Assembly (NCBI GenBank): GCA_964035575.1
Contig: OZ037843.1
Location: forward strand, 1,550,001 to 1,614,000
Source: Rhynchopus sp. YZ270_cl-10
Taxonomy: Eukaryota
Reading direction: 5' to 3'
Length of the DNA: 64,000 bases
In this document: positions 46,201 to 59,307 of the stretch, one piece after another
Layout of the letters: each line of letters starts with the position of its first letter
Numbering within the stretch: the first letter of the stretch is position 1
Made by a program: the position numbers and the translations under genes
The notes under the pieces: model-generated
What the model was told of the DNA's origin: nothing
The model's input: only the letters and a program-made list of their open reading frames with translations
Database searches by the model: none

Positions 46201-46542
46201 ACAGAAACACTTGCAAAAGACGAGGACGCGCACACCACCTCCTACAGACTGTCGCCACTGTCCCCTGAGGGCAGCTTCCTCGGCACGACAAAGAGACGTG
46301 GCACGTCAGGCTCGCTCCTCGCCAGCAGCGACCTCGACAGCAGCAAGATCATGCACAGCCCCATCAGCTCGAAGCGCCGCCGTGGCACCAACACCGACCT
46401 CACAGACCCCCTCTTCGGCACCTCCACCAGCGACCACAGCGACTCAGCACTCCCCACGCCAGGGGAAATATGCCTCCCAGCCACCTCCATGTCAATGGGA
46501 CGTACACGGGGGAAGTCGGCAGCACGCCTGCTGTATGTCTAA
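43276..46542 (+). CDS. Surface receptor-like protein, copy B (paralogue of 11506-14268)
   Basis: Same signal peptide and architecture as copy A, with a longer stalk and a different cytoplasmic tail. The ORF extension to 43075 is upstream non-coding sequence. Confidence 0.85.
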   Translation: MRFAVLSALICSAAAVPPDPCAGPILLTSFTDISEHDSTRTLTFGGGFRMEADVTVNSATHWARVFDFSNGPTADNVLLGLNGGKWSYQTYLGSSGQTIVADPVDTPYGTEMHMVLVGIDSGHPTDGEVVLYIDGAERMRQTVPLPAMLTRNTNLILRSPWASDDPLDGTVKNFKFYACDATNAPDTDAPPTDAPATDAPATDAPATDAPATDAPATDAPDTDAPPTDAPATDAPATDAPATDAPDTDAPPTDAPATDAPATDAPATDAPATDAPPTDAPGTDAPATDAPATDAPATDAPDTDAPATDAPATDAPATDAPATDAPDTDAPATDAPATDAPATDAPATDAPATDAPDTDAPATDAPATDAPATDAPDTDAPATDAPATDAPATDAPDTDAPATDAPATDAPATDAPATDPPATDAPATDAPATDAPDTDAPYTNAPPTDAPATNSPTTDAPATTAPDTDAPDTVAPPTNAPDAPDTIAPDTVSPDTVAPDTDGPATPATDAPATLTTAPHTTAPLTVKPASRTMAPTPTMAPVVSPVTGTPAVPGTGTPAPSTPVPTPAPTPAPLETSDVETPARFRDTPTSGLKAESKETLHVSSTVASTTAVLGGAAGNAGKLAVLNSFGCEMDDVDLGDETLDWEFHPLMFAMGSAHGKYKVAAMVMNPLLIMVVGMIAVGVSLATQHTLHYAKERALGLARFPGVLYVPYLFLLQGTSLVSTQVVFDASRYSAGVVVMAAAVLGVCLVSPALLYFTVLRHVERNAELFPDPAITGNPMTGEQGARAHSKLYKFAFGLDIWVSRESGHFAERYGICFENLRPGCLWYIVSELLCILCLSLLSGWKPTTKTACDTRNFSIAVMLTAFFLAAAIKRPFIAPMDNMIAIAMAFSMAAAVILMSIAITTETQKDAAIYTISMCLLLTAAVLIMAKCLWDFVIYAMDVCMIRRVGARELARDMRERKVDVDELELMGATETLAKDEDAHTTSYRLSPLSPEGSFLGTTKRRGTSGSLLASSDLDSSKIMHSPISSKRRRGTNTDLTDPLFGTSTSDHSDSALPTPGEICLPATSMSMGRTRGKSAARLLYV
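43813..44810 (+). repeat. 15-bp coding tandem repeat (TDAP[A/P/D])
   Basis: Directly visible. Confidence 0.95.
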
Positions 46543-46672
46543 GGGGATGGGGCTGGTCTCGGAAGGGTGTCGGAGGGGGTGTTTGTGTCTTGCTCAGCAA
46601 CAAAAGAGAAAAAAATAATACAACAGGAATTATGAGAGAGTAGACAGGGTGGTGAAGTACTCAATTTTTGAC

Positions 46673-46707
<35 letters not shown>

Positions 46708-47787
46708 AGACAACAACGCAGTGTAACGCAGCGTAACGCAGTGCAACGGAGTGGTTGTTAGGAAATAATACAAACCGTAAGGATCGGTCCTTTTTGGAAT
46801 CGAAGGATGAAAATTGTGTGTATTAATTCGATATTCCTGTATTTGTCTCTCTCTCCCTTTCTCCCCAACCTCTGCTCCCCGACTCCAATTCAACCAACAA
46901 TCACAGACGGGGCCAAAACGAACTCTGCGTTCAGTAAATATTTTTAGAAAAAAAAGGGGATGCGTTCAATGAAATCATTTGTGTAGAAAAGTATCGAGGA
47001 TGTAGGTTTTATTATTTTTTTTTTATCGTGCAATTTTTGACTCGTGTACAAATCCTTCAGGAAGAACCAAAAATTATAATCTGGGAGCGTGTAATTATTA
47101 CCAAGCGTGTAATTATGAATCGTTAGCGATTTGCGACCAAAAATGTCAGCCGTGTAATTATGGGTAATAATTACACGCTCAAACCCACTTTTGGTGATCC
47201 TAAGTCGCCAAAGGGAAAGGGACTCTGCAAATTTTTTTCCCCCCCTATAAGGGTTAATTTCGACGATTTGAGCCCATTCAAAGCAAAATTTGACCCATTT
47301 GAGCAGTTCTAGGCCCCTCAAACACGTTTTTGATTATCCGCCAAAAAAAAAAAATCCCGGAAAAACACACCGGAAACCTCAACTTCACGCTTCGCATCGT
47401 CCAAGGATAGACAGTTGTTACCAACTTGTTGAAATGTGATTCCCAACCCCAAACCAAGAATGATCACAAATAATTGTACCCTCGCCCACTTTTTCGGTTC
47501 AACATCCATACTTCGGCACATTTCCCATACCCCACATACACCCTCCCGTCATCGACATACAGTGACTGGAGGGTGACGGGGACTCGCCGGATTTGTACAC
47601 TCGTCAAAAATTGCACGATAAAAAAAAAACTAATTATGTGAAATTATTACCAGATAATTACACTTAGGTGTGTTTTTTGTCACTTGTTCCCTAGACCCAC
47701 TCGCTTCGCTCGTGGGTTTAGGTCACTCGTGACAAAAAACACACCTGCGTGTAATTATGGGGTAATAATTACCCAATAATTATATAT

Positions 47788-48727
47788 CAGTCAATAATTG
47801 AGCCACCGGGACTTTTTTCCGTTTTTGTACAGAAAAATTTTTAATTTCTACTCGTCAAAAAAAATTGTCCGACCCCGCAATTAAAAGATATCGACTCGGA
47901 AACCCATCCCCGCTGGGTTTTGAAAACTTTTGATGTCGTTGGTTCACCTCAGATGTGTGAGGGCCTCGACCAAAATCAGTTTTTCCAGTTTTCGGGTATA
48001 AGCCTGGGCGGTAGTATTTTACAAAAAAATCCTCAAAATTCAAAAAAAACTGTTCGAATGGATTCAGATCGTGCAAAACAGTCAAAATATCACTTTTGAC
48101 AAAGAAAAAAAAGTGATCCTCACTGTTACGCAGCCACCCTCCTGACCCCCCTGGAACCTGTTTTTTGTGTGGGGGGTTCCCTGTACATAGTCTTAAGGGA
48201 AGTCTGAAGGGGTACTGGTTGGTGGCCATTTTTTGCCTACAAAAAATCGGGAAAAAAAAATTTTTTTTTCGGTTCTCGGGAGTCTGTGCGTGCTGTGATG
48301 GCGTCACTTTGCGCTCAGAAATGAGTATTTTTGACCTAAAATGCATGTGTCAGTTTAGACTGGCTGTACGCCGTTTTCCACGGTGTACAGCCACAACTAC
48401 CCATGTACAGAAGAATTTTTAACTTCTACTCATTTCCAGAAATCGTGCGACCCCGCAATTAAAAGATATCGACTCGGAAATCCATCCCCGCAGGGTTTTA
48501 ATTTTTTTTAAAAATTTCGGTGCGTCGCATTCATGCAATTCATTTCCGACTTTTTGGGATTCACCAATCTGGAGTTCAAAAAAATTTTTTTTTTATTTTT
48601 ATTTTTTTTTCTTTGCATTCCGCTGCTCAAAATCTTTCAATTGCGGGGTCGGACAATTTTTTTTGACGATCAGTTTTTTGTTCAACGAACCTTGGGAGAA
48701 AAGTCCCGGTGGTTCAGTTATTGACTG
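47788..48727. mobile_element. MITE with ATAT TSD, internally related to 27326-28245
   Basis: atat|cagtcaataattgagccaccgggactttt ... aaaagtcccggtggttcagttattgactg|atat. Shares ccgaccccg(g/c)aatt motifs with 27326-28245. Confidence 0.8.
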
Positions 48728-51700
48728 ATATATTTTTTTTTTGGTTTTTATTTTCCTTGCTCATGACAGACAGAAGATCTTACCCCAGAAAAGCAAAAAC
48801 CCTATTTTTTTAAGATCTTAGTTTTTGGGGTTGATTTTTACTAAGATCTGAGTTAAAAATATTTCCTAAGATACGACGCTAGGGGGTGTTTTGGCTTAAC
48901 TTAGAGGTGGGGGAAAACTTAAAGGTGACTAAAGTTTTCCCCCACAAAGCGGGTATTCTTAAGTAACTTCTTACTTAAGAAAACCCCCATCTGTTAGTTT
49001 TAGGTCTTCTATATGTTATAAACTTGGTGAAAAAAATAAAGAAAAATAAAATGGAAAATATGGCTCCTTTTTTTTTTGTTGCGACAACAGAAAGACCATT
49101 CCATGAAGGACAATTGGCCTCTTTCGAAAATGGTATTGTGAGCAGCACAAAAAGAGAGAGAAAATAACTGAACCTTTTTTCTTTCTTTTGTTGAAAAAAG
49201 AGAACCCTCGAAAAATATTTTTTTATTATTTTGTTTGTTTTACAAAAGTAAGTAGCAAAAGTCCTGCCTCTCAAACAGTCCCGCCAAACAGAACCACCTA
49301 ATCCCCATCTTTTTTCGATCCACCCCCTTTTTTTTTTTCAGACGGAGATACCTTATCAAATTCTGTATAGAAGTATCTGTAGGTCTAGGTAAGGGGTCTG
49401 GGTCATTTGACTGGGTAAGGGGAGGGGGTCAGTTCCCATGTAAAAAGTGAGGATACAGTACAATTTTCTTTGTGTTTTTTTTTTTTTTTTGAGCACGAAA
49501 AAAACCAGAAAATATGGTACCCCAGGTGCCCAAAAAAAATCAGTCCGAAAGAGAAAGAAAAGTTACCTGAACAATTAAGTCCCACCTCTGAGAAAACGAA
49601 CCTGCCCCTTGACTTCCGGTCCACCCATTCATTTGTTTAGTTGTTGTTAGGAGGGGCTTTTGCTGCTTACTGTGTTTGTTTCTTTTTTGTTTGATTTTTT
49701 CCCCGATGTCAACCTCGAAAATGGAGTTATGAGACGCATGGTTTCACCAGGTAGTGTACCAAAGGTACACTTGTCACAAGAGGGATGTTGTATTGCAAGT
49801 CAACTTATTTTTGTGTCTTATTTTATAACTTTCCCGTTAGCACTTTCCCACTTTTTGTGCCTGCGTCTAGAAGCGGTGTAATTCCACGTGTCACATTCAC
49901 CCCTTATTTCCCCGTGTTTGCACGTTCTTTTACTGCTCAAGAACCTACGAATTTTTTTATACCTTGTGTCTTATCATTTAGCAGTTGCGCTTTCATCCGG
50001 ATGGCTGGCGTACAGTGGGTCAGTCGGAGGGTGCCTGCATCAACACAGTTTAGTATGTCTCCGTCAGAAAACATCACTTTCCTTTTCCCCCCTTTTTTTT
50101 GCTTTTCTTTTTTTTTTTTTGTGTTTTGCGATTTTTTGCCTCAGTTCATAGATCCAGGAGAAGTGCAATTCTAAAACACTGCTTTTTACCCTTCGAATTC
50201 CTCTTATTTCCTTTTTCATTTTGTTTTTTGGACTCCGGGCTCAGGGAACACACCGTCGTTGTCGCCCTAACTTTGTTTTTTTTTTTTGTGTATGAAACAA
50301 TTTTTTGTGTTCTTCGTTGCGCGATCGATTGCTTCTTATCCCACCCTAATGGTGGCTGTATTGTGGTAATTGCCCATCATAATACATAATGCACATCACA
50401 ATACTGTACTGTATTCGTACAAATTATCGACTGTACTAATGTTCGACCTTTTCAGGATATTTCTGGAAGTTTGGCCTCTTTTTACGGCCGATAATTTTTG
50501 TACGAAACCGGTAATACACATCGCAATACAGCTTGTATTGTGATGTGTATGATGTATGATGGGCAATTGCCACATTACAGCCACGTACCGCCCTACCCCC
50601 TCCATCCTCTCCCAAGCAAAAGAGGAGACGGTATTCGACAGTTTCCATCTTTCTTTCCGAATTATCATATTATTCCCCATCTTTTTTTTTTTCAGATCCA
50701 CCTGATTTTTACCCAGTGTATTGGCGCGTAAAGGCCCGTTTTGGCAAAACCCCACCCATTTTTCCCAGCCTTTGCGCCTTTACGCGCTATACGCGGGGTA
50801 AAAATCAGGTGGCAGATGCACGTGGACAATAAACGCATTCACATTTCATATTTCACATTTTTTTCTTCTTTTTCGTCGTATTAGGTGAAGCGCAGAGGGG
50901 GATCATCTAACAAAAAAAAATTTCATCCTTTTTGAACAACTGATGTGCGTGTGGTGTGTCTCCTTCTGGGTTGTGGTCTTTGTGAGGCGTGTGTATCTCA
51001 GATTAGTTTACGTAGGGTGGGCACCTGACATAGCGACCTTTAACTACGCGATCTGTGGCGCCTTTTAACTAAAAAACGATACTTCTGTAGGCAAACCCAT
51101 TAGCGTTCAATATGCTTTAATTATGCAATATTGTTGCGCAATATTTACGTCGGGACAAATCGATGGTCCTGACAGGTTATGAATTTTTTGTCAATATTTT
51201 CGGTTTTTTTTTTTCAAGAACGTGAAGGGTCTGTACGACTGCTGACATGAACAGTACTCCCAAGAAACTTGGCGCTCAAATGTAGACACGTTTTTTTTGG
51301 CAGATTTCAAAAAAAACAACAACAGATCATCATCAACGAACATGCGATGACGGAGCGTAAAAACCCCGAATTTAGAACCGAAAAAAAAAGGTGCAAACCA
51401 TGTGTGTATGGGCATCACACCCTTTTTTCGAGAATTTGGGGGTGGGCATCACAAAAATTTCTATGGGTTTTTTACATGGGACTTTTTTTTTTGGGTTGCA
51501 TCCAGGGTTTTTTCTAGGATTTTTTTTTTCAGATCTGGGGGGGACGCAAAAAAACCACCCAAAAAAATTTTTTTTTCGCAGGTGCAAGCAGGGTTTCCGC
51601 TTATCTTCATGGAAAATTTTTCCAAAACCGTGAAGATATGTCCAAAAAGGGGTCAAAAATTTCGCGCAAAAAAGCCCCTTCATTTCACGTAAATACGTGA

Positions 51701-53601
51701 TAACGTGGGATGGTAACGTACATCAAGAACCAAACCAACCCTTTTTCTCATGTTCCACGGAACCTTCCCTCAGTACAAGAAGAAACGGCGGTCAGAACTT
51801 TTTGGCGAAGCCACGGTACGCAACATTTCAAAAAATTGTGACCTAAAATTGAACATTTTTACAGCCAAACTATGGTAGAGGGCTGTGGGATTTCGCTCAT
51901 AAGTTTTGAGTTGCGCCGCAGGCGCACGGTACGCTACTTTTTTATTTTTGCCGATCCCTTATTCTCACTCTTTTGTTCGGTCCGTCAAATGGTGCAAAGA
52001 TTGAGTGAATTGGGGGCACGGTCTGAAACTTCACCTCGCTATATCCTCTTCACAATGATGCCAGGAAGGGGATAAGACGCGCTTCGCGCGCGCTCGACTC
52101 CCTGCCTCCCCTTTTTTCTGGTGCGCAACACGAAGGGACGCCAGGGTTGTCCCGAGAACACCTTTTCCCGAGACCAACACCGTAGTGCAGAGGCACTGCA
52201 GGATGGAAGATGTGCCAAACGTCACATTCCCCGTCACCTTCGTCGACTCACCTCAACCACATGAGATCACAGAGACATTTTTGGATTGGGATGTTCTGTT
52301 CTGAATGATGTTGATTTGGGTGAGGAGGAATTGTGGGTTATCATTACGTATCGTGTGGTCACAGACTGCACACCTTTCCCCAGTGACACTGTGTGGCCGA
52401 AACGACACCGGATCATAAATCGATCAGTGATATTCTGGATTGAGCGCCGCAGGCAAACGGTACGGGACTTTTTTTTTTTTTTTTTTCCTTTTTTCTTTTT
52501 TTTTTCTTTTTTTTTCTTCTCCTTTTTTGGACTTTCCGGACCGATTGCGGAACGTGGTGGGGTCACACCATATGCAAAAAGCCTATGAGAAAATCCCTAG
52601 GGGAAAAAAAAAATCCTACACAAAAAACCCATAGAAAAAAAAAACCCCCCTGTACAAAAAACCCATAGAAATTTTTCTCGGATTCTGAGAATTTCTCAAA
52701 TCGGGCATCGGAATCACATTGCCCAAACACACATGCTGCAAACCCTATTTTTTTTCTGGTTCTTTGGTCGTTCTGTCCACCCCCCCGAACTTTTTGTTTT
52801 TGGGGGAGTTTCCTTTTTTTTTTTTTGTATTTTGTGTGGACCGCACACAGGGAGGCTCTCCCTATTAATATTCGATAACGTTTTGGTGCCAATGCGATTT
52901 CATTTTTTCTTCTCTCACCTTTTTAAGTTGCCAGCTTTTTTCTGTGATGTTTTTGTTATCGCTCCGTCCCAAATTTTTGTCCACACATACGATAAAGTAA
53001 TAGTTACTCCACTAAATAAATCGAGCAAAAATATGGTGAACTCAGCGGAGCCCGGTTTTAAAAGTGCCAAAAACGACCTTTTCGTTTTGACGCATTGTGA
53101 CTTCCTCAAATGCACTTTTCAAGGGTAAAAAATTCGGGTTTTCTAAGCACAACCAGTGTTAAGTCAAAAATTTTCGCGAAAAAAAAATAGATTTTTTTTG
53201 ACTCTAGATGCCGGAACCCAGAAACGTCCATTCGAGCAATTTTTTTTTGGTTTTGACACACCCTGTGCCCGCCAGGCATAGTCTGTACAAAGTGATTTTT
53301 ACCTGGATTTTTGCCTGTATTTTCCTTAAGGAAAATACATAGGAGGCACGGCAAAAATGCGCATTTTTGATATTTTTGATATTTTTGGCAGAATTTTTTG
53401 GGCGTTTTTTGCGTTTTTTTAGGGAAAAATAGTGAGGGGAGTTGGGTCCAGTCATAGGAAGTATAGAGAATTTTTGAAAAATTCTTCCATTGGAATAAGG
53501 GTTTGCGGGCCTTGCCCTCTGAGGTGTTAGAAGGTTTGCAGGTTTGCAGGTTCAAGGAGGCGAATCTGTGTGGATGAGGGTTGAGGGTGCTTAGATGGGG
53601 T

Positions 53602-54447
53602 CAGGGCACTAGCTAGGTGCTTTTTTGCGGTTTCAAAACCGGTTTCAAAAACCCGGTTTTGCGGTTTGGCGGAAAAAAAAAAAAAAAACGGAAAATCTCG
53701 GGGCAGAAGAAAAAAAAATGTGGGGGGTTTTGGGCACTGTTCGGCCCCCTCGCCCGACCCCCAGATGACTGGCATGATAGAACCTTAATTTTTTTCTGCT
53801 CGCTGCGCTCACGGAAGTACACCCCAAAAAAATTTCCGCTCGCTTCGCTCGCGGAGTTAACCCATATTTTTTTTTGCCTGCGGCGCCATTTTCCTTTTTT
53901 GCTTCGCAAAAAAGGGGTTTGTTGAGTGACTCTGGTAAAACCGGCATCTTTACACCGTACCCTAATTTTTTTTGCCTGCGGCGCCATTTATTATTTTACA
54001 ATGTCTTCGGGAATCCCCTTGCAATTTGGACAGTTGCATTTTGCAACCGAAAATGCAATCGATTCAGGTTGAGGGGTCAGGGAGATTAAGTCAGAGCTTA
54101 GTGAGCCGGCGTGCCACCGCGGACATGGAGGAGTATGTGATAGAATGGTTGACAGCAAACAGGAGACTGGGGGGAGTATGTACGAACGTCGGAAGCTGTG
54201 CAGACCATGCGACAACACATGCTCACGCACAGAAGCATTCTGATACATGCAATGAAGTTGGCAGGAGATTACACCACGGGTCAGTCGGGTTTAGCCCCGT
54301 AAAAAAATGCCCTGTAAATGACCCCTTCCCAAAATCTCCCCGTCCCTCATTCGTGTGTTTTCCCTTAGTTTGTCGCCGCGCGAAATTTTTTTTTGAAACC
54401 GCAAAACCGCAAAAAAACGGAAAAAAAAAAGTCTAGCTAGTGCCCTG
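53602..54447. mobile_element. hAT-like MITE with 8-bp TSD GATGGGGT
   Basis: gatggggt|cagggcactagctag ... ctagctagtgccctg|gatggggt. Confidence 0.9.
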
Positions 54448-55607
54448 GATGGGGTATGATACTGAGGTGCTTAAATGGTGGTTTTGTAGGTTACATAGTC
54501 ACGAGACTGCCCTTGTATTAAAAGGGGGAAGAGGGGAGATGATAGGGGACAAGGCTACCAATCCGACTTAAACCGACTCAGTAGGGTCAGGTCGGACCGA
54601 CCCAAACCTACCCAGCAAAAAGGTCAAAAAATAGATGTCAATTTTGAGACACTTTTTTCCTTAGGGATTTTTCCAGGTACTTAGCGAAGCGTTAGGGCGA
54701 CTTAAGTCCCTTGGCCCCAGCGCCCTATGGGGCGCCTCCTCGTCGGGCCGTTAGGGCCCTCCGGTGGCCAGGTTCTTTCTCTGGGCTTAGAGGCTCGAAG
54801 TTCCCCGTCAGATTGGAGCTGGTGTGCTTTATGAGGCTCGCTCGTCTAGATTGAGGCTCGCTCGTCCGGATTGGGCTAGCTCGTCCGCCTTCGACTAGAC
54901 CCTCCGCCTTTGGGTGGGCTCGTGGATCTCCGTTATGTACGTACGGGTTCGATACTCTGGTTGGAGTGTGACAGCACGCCATTTCTTGAGCACGTTGGTA
55001 ACACACGAAGTGCAATGGCGATAATGGAAAGATAGATGCCGGCATTGGTGAATTGCTGGAGTTCTGCACAGGAAGCTAGCATGACGTAGAATCACTGTGT
55101 GAACAAAATGACCGTATTTTGGTTGAAAATTTGACTTGAAAATTTTTTTCATAATTTGCCCAATCGAAGGTTTTCCTTGGATTTTTTGGGCCATTTTATG
55201 ACGTACCACGCCCGATTTTGGGCGAAAAAAAATATTTTTTTTTGGTCAAAAATCGCCTTGTATTACCACTGTATTGGTGTAGGCTTGTACACAGAAGTGT
55301 GTTTTGTGTAACCACAGATGGTCAAAACACCCGATTTTTGCATTTTTTTTGCATTTTTTGGTGCCCAAAGACCCACCTCAGTGGTCGAAATTTTCCCGAA
55401 AAAAAAATTTTTTTTTTTGAGATTTTTCGATTTTTTGACAAGGCGCTGGCCCATACAAAGTGCACTGGCGGTACAGAAAATGGCTGGGGAATAAACTCTA
55501 GATGCTCAAAACAGCCCAATTCATGCTTTTTTTGACTTTTTGGTCTCAGAAGGGTACCTAGGGTGTAGTGAGCAGGCCTCAAAAACACTTGTGAAAAAAA
55601 AAAAAAA

Positions 55608-57532
55608 GGGAAATAGTCAGATTTACCCTACCCTATTTTGAAAAAGTTCAGACTTGCCCGAAATAAGTTCAGACTTGCCCTAAAAGTGTTTTTAGGGCAA
55701 GTCTGAACTTATTTCGGGCAAGTCTGAACTTATTTTTAGGGCAAACACTTTTTTTAGGGCAAGTCTGAACTTTTTTAGGGCAACCCTGCACTTATTTATT
55801 GGGCAAGCTGGGGGCTCTTGGGTTACAGAGCCCGGCGGTCGTCGTTTTTGCGTTTCTGTTTAGGGCACGTATGGGCTATTCGCGACGAGTCCTGGTAGTG
55901 AAATGAGCAACCTATGGTATGGAGCTTTTTTTCCATGCAACTGAATTTCCTCGTGTCCAGGACACCCCACTTTCCGAGCAAAATTAAATAATGACACAAA
56001 TGGGAGGGGAAAACCCTCTGACCTTTATCATCACTCTAAAAAACTCTCAGGTACCGCACCGCAGTACCGCACCACGATCCGAGACCCGTACAGAACAGAG
56101 ACCAGAAAAAAGACTTCCGCACCCAAACGCGACTCCTCATAGAACACGACGTAGTAGTAACAAAAAAAAAATACCGATTACTGCAGTAAGTACAAAGCCT
56201 TTGGGCGACATTGTACAGGTCCTACATCATGTACGTAAAATTGTCGATACAACCAAAGAAAAGCATAGTGGTGCACCCTCGGGTGTCTGCACTACTGCAA
56301 CAACTATTTCTATAGCTACAGTTTCCCCACCTCTACCTTTAACTTTTTATACGAGGATGTAATTCTCCGGGATTACTCCGCGATTGTCGTCACAACAAAA
56401 AAGTCCAGAGGACTTGTTGGTCGCCTTACTCATTTGGATCAACGGTATGTATATGCTACTCATTACAATGTTAGCCACTTCTATTGCCAGACACCGGGGC
56501 AAATAGTAAGTGCAAGAAAACTGCTTTTTGGAAACCAGGAAAACATGATGGACACTCCACTCCACGTGCGGACATGTTTGGCACTTCTGCATGCGTGCAG
56601 TATCCAAATGTGTCCCCGTGGGAACAAAGTGATAAAGATGTGTCCACTGTGTACAGGGAAAAAACTTTGCGCTCCCCCGGACAGTGCACAATTCAACCCC
56701 TTGTTGTGGGTGGTCTTGTTGCCTTTTGGAACAACAACAATTTTTCCACGTTGTTGCATTTTGGCCAGGCATGCTCTTGAAAGCATGACAATTTGATTGC
56801 GTATGGACAAAGCAAATAACCAAGTATGAATTCTGAGTTGAAATGTGAGAGATGTTGTGGGAAGGGGAGTTCGCTCCTTTCAACGATGACCTCGTTGTTC
56901 TTCAATAGGCATGTCTTAACCGACCACATAAATAAAATTGTGCCGGCCTCGAAGGATTCTAAGCAAACCCGCGTGGTAGCTAAACACTGACTCTCTCTCA
57001 ATTCAACAAAGAAGGAATACTTGGTAATTTGTGGAGCACCCGTGCATGAAAATTGTAAAACTTTGCGCCCCACGTTGCCCCAGAACACGGCTTCCTTTGT
57101 AACCGGTTCTGGCCCAACGTGGACTGCCTGTTCACCCTTTCCGGGTGGCTGGTGGTTTCTGGCATCAATTTTTGGGCTCCGGCTCGGTTAGGCATTTTAG
57201 GGCAATAAAACAAGTCATACCACCATACCATGGGGCCCCAAGAGTGCCCCAGCCAAAGTGGCCTGACTTGTTGCCCTAAAATAAGTTCAGACTTGCCCTA
57301 AAAAAGTTCAGACTTGCCCTAAAAAAAGTGTTTGCCCTAAAAATAAGTTCAGACTTGCCCTAAAAAAGTTCAGACTTGCCCTAAAAAAAGTGTTTGCCCT
57401 AAAAATAAGTTCAGACTTGCCCTAAAAACACTTTTAGGCAAGTCTGAACTTATTTTCGGGCAAGTCTGAACTTTTTCATAGGGCAAGTCTGAACTTTTTC
57501 AAAATAGGGTAGGGTAAGTCTGACTATCTCCC
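55608..57532. mobile_element. Mutator-like TIR element in an A-run, with subterminal aagttcagacttgccc arrays and decayed internal coding sequence
   Basis: ~50-bp TIR gggaaatagtcagatttaccctaccctattttgaaaaagttcagacttgccc, inverted at 57481-57532, with oligo-A on both flanks. Superfamily assignment is inferred from the G termini and long TIRs. Confidence 0.75.
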
Positions 57533-57765
57533 AAAAAAAAAAAATTTTTTTTTTGAGATTTTTTTTGACAAGGCGCTGGCCCATACAAACTGTACAGGGT
57601 GGGTATTTTATACACAAAATAGCCGTGGAATAAATTCTAGATGCTCAAAACATCAAAATTCTGGCTTTATTTGCATTTTTGGTGCAGACATGTGCAAAAA
57701 AAAAAATTTTTTTTTTGTGGGAAAAATTTTGTGATGTCGAAAAAAAAATTTTTTTTTCTTGAAAG

Positions 57766-57877
57766 AGGCACGGCACTTTTGTGGAATTTTGTGGAATTTT
57801 TTATAAGGGGAAAAAGTAGAAGTCGAGTTTTTGAAATTCCACAAAATTCCACAAAATTCCACAAAAGTGCCGTGCCT
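57766..57877. mobile_element. Small palindromic MITE
   Basis: aggcacggcacttttgtggaattttgtggaattt / aaattccacaaaattccacaaaagtgccgtgcct. Confidence 0.7.
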
Positions 57878-58626
57878 GCATAGGGAATTATCTTATATAT
57901 ACATATTTTTGGCCGCGCCTCTGTTGCCAACACTTTAACATATACTTTTGATCAGCAAGCCAAGCGAAACGAGTCTCTCGAGCATTTCTTTTTTGTACCA
58001 CTGTAAGCTCACAACTCTACCGCGGCAGATGGGCCGCTGGTTGAAGAGCAGTTATGTACCGCCCTCTTTCTCTTACGGTACGGGGAAGTCATTAGGTTTC
58101 CTTTTTACATCTTCTGTTGTTGGCCGGGTACTTTTGTGCTTTCATCCGGATGGCTGGCATTGTATGTCGGTCGGAGGTGTGCCTGTATCCATGACTACAG
58201 TTTTTTACTCTAGGACTTTCGCTTCTTTGTGTTGTGGTTGCTGAAGTGCCACAAAAAAGGGCCCCCGGGGTGGCTTTTAACGTCCAGCCCAGGACTTTTT
58301 TTTTTTTATGTGTGCTTACAGTGATATCAGTATCTTTATACAGGATTATACAATAGCAAAGAGATATTTACACTCATCCTTGATTGCGAACACAATGTGT
58401 GCGAAGAGAAAAAAAAAAAATGAACTGAACATGATATTTGCTCTTAAAACTGATGGTGTGTGTCCTGCAACATGGTTGGAGACGGATTGTAACATTTTAC
58501 ACGCAGGAAGATTACCCATTTTTTTTCTTCTAAAAAAATGATTTAAATGAACAATATGACCACGCAAGTGATCGTACATGGAGTCATTTTACCGTTTGTT
58601 TCGTTTTTTTTTTGAGGCTATTATAA

Positions 58627-59299
58627 CAGGGTATTAGGGTGAAAATCCAAAATTCCGGAAAAAACTGGTTTTTCTGGTTTTCTCTCCTGGGTGGCGAAAA
58701 CTAGTGTTTCCGGCGAAAACCTCCACCGTTGACGGACACAGTCACCTTTTTTCGGGTTTTTCGGGGGTGGGGTCAGTGTCTTATCCAGGAATCCAGATTT
58801 CAAGATTGGGGAGGTCAGCTTGTTTTTTGCTCAAAATATTTTTCGGCGCTGCTGACCCAAGGTAGACATTGGGAACAGAGGGACTATGTTTTTTTTTTTT
58901 TGCGGAGCAAAAAAAAAACATAAAATGGCGCCGCAGGCGAAAAATTTTGAGGGTACGGTGTAAAAATCTAGCTTTTTACACCACAGAGCCACTCAACGAA
59001 CCTTTTTTTGCAGAGCAAAAAATAAAAAATGGCGCCGCAGGCAAAAAAAAAATCAAGGAACAGCCATTTCCCAAAGGCACTCCCGTGGTTCAACCACGGT
59101 TCTACCAGACGGGGGGAAAATGCGGGGGAAAAAATCGAGTCCGCCCTAATCTGGGGACGACATTTACAGAAAGGCCTGGTGAAAAGTGTCGGTTTTTTTT
59201 TCCCCTCCGAATTTCTCTGTTTTTTTTTTTTTTTTGAAAAACCAGTTTTTGGAAAAACTGGTTTTCAAAACCAGTTTTTTTAACCACCCTAATACCCTG
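58627..59299. mobile_element. hAT-like MITE, first unit of a tandem pair
   Basis: cagggtattagggtg ... caccctaataccctg followed by attataat. Confidence 0.85.
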
Positions 59300-59307
59300 A
59301 TTATAAT

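Noticed and set aside
49991..50045. Motif E as a hammerhead or HDV-like ribozyme
   Set aside because: The reverse strand has CTGA and GAAA but not the CUGANGA core, and I could not build the HDV nested pseudoknot. Only a simple hairpin is supported.
54895..54970. tRNA-like GGTTCGA motif
   Set aside because: No convincing T stem, acceptor stem or cloverleaf could be built.
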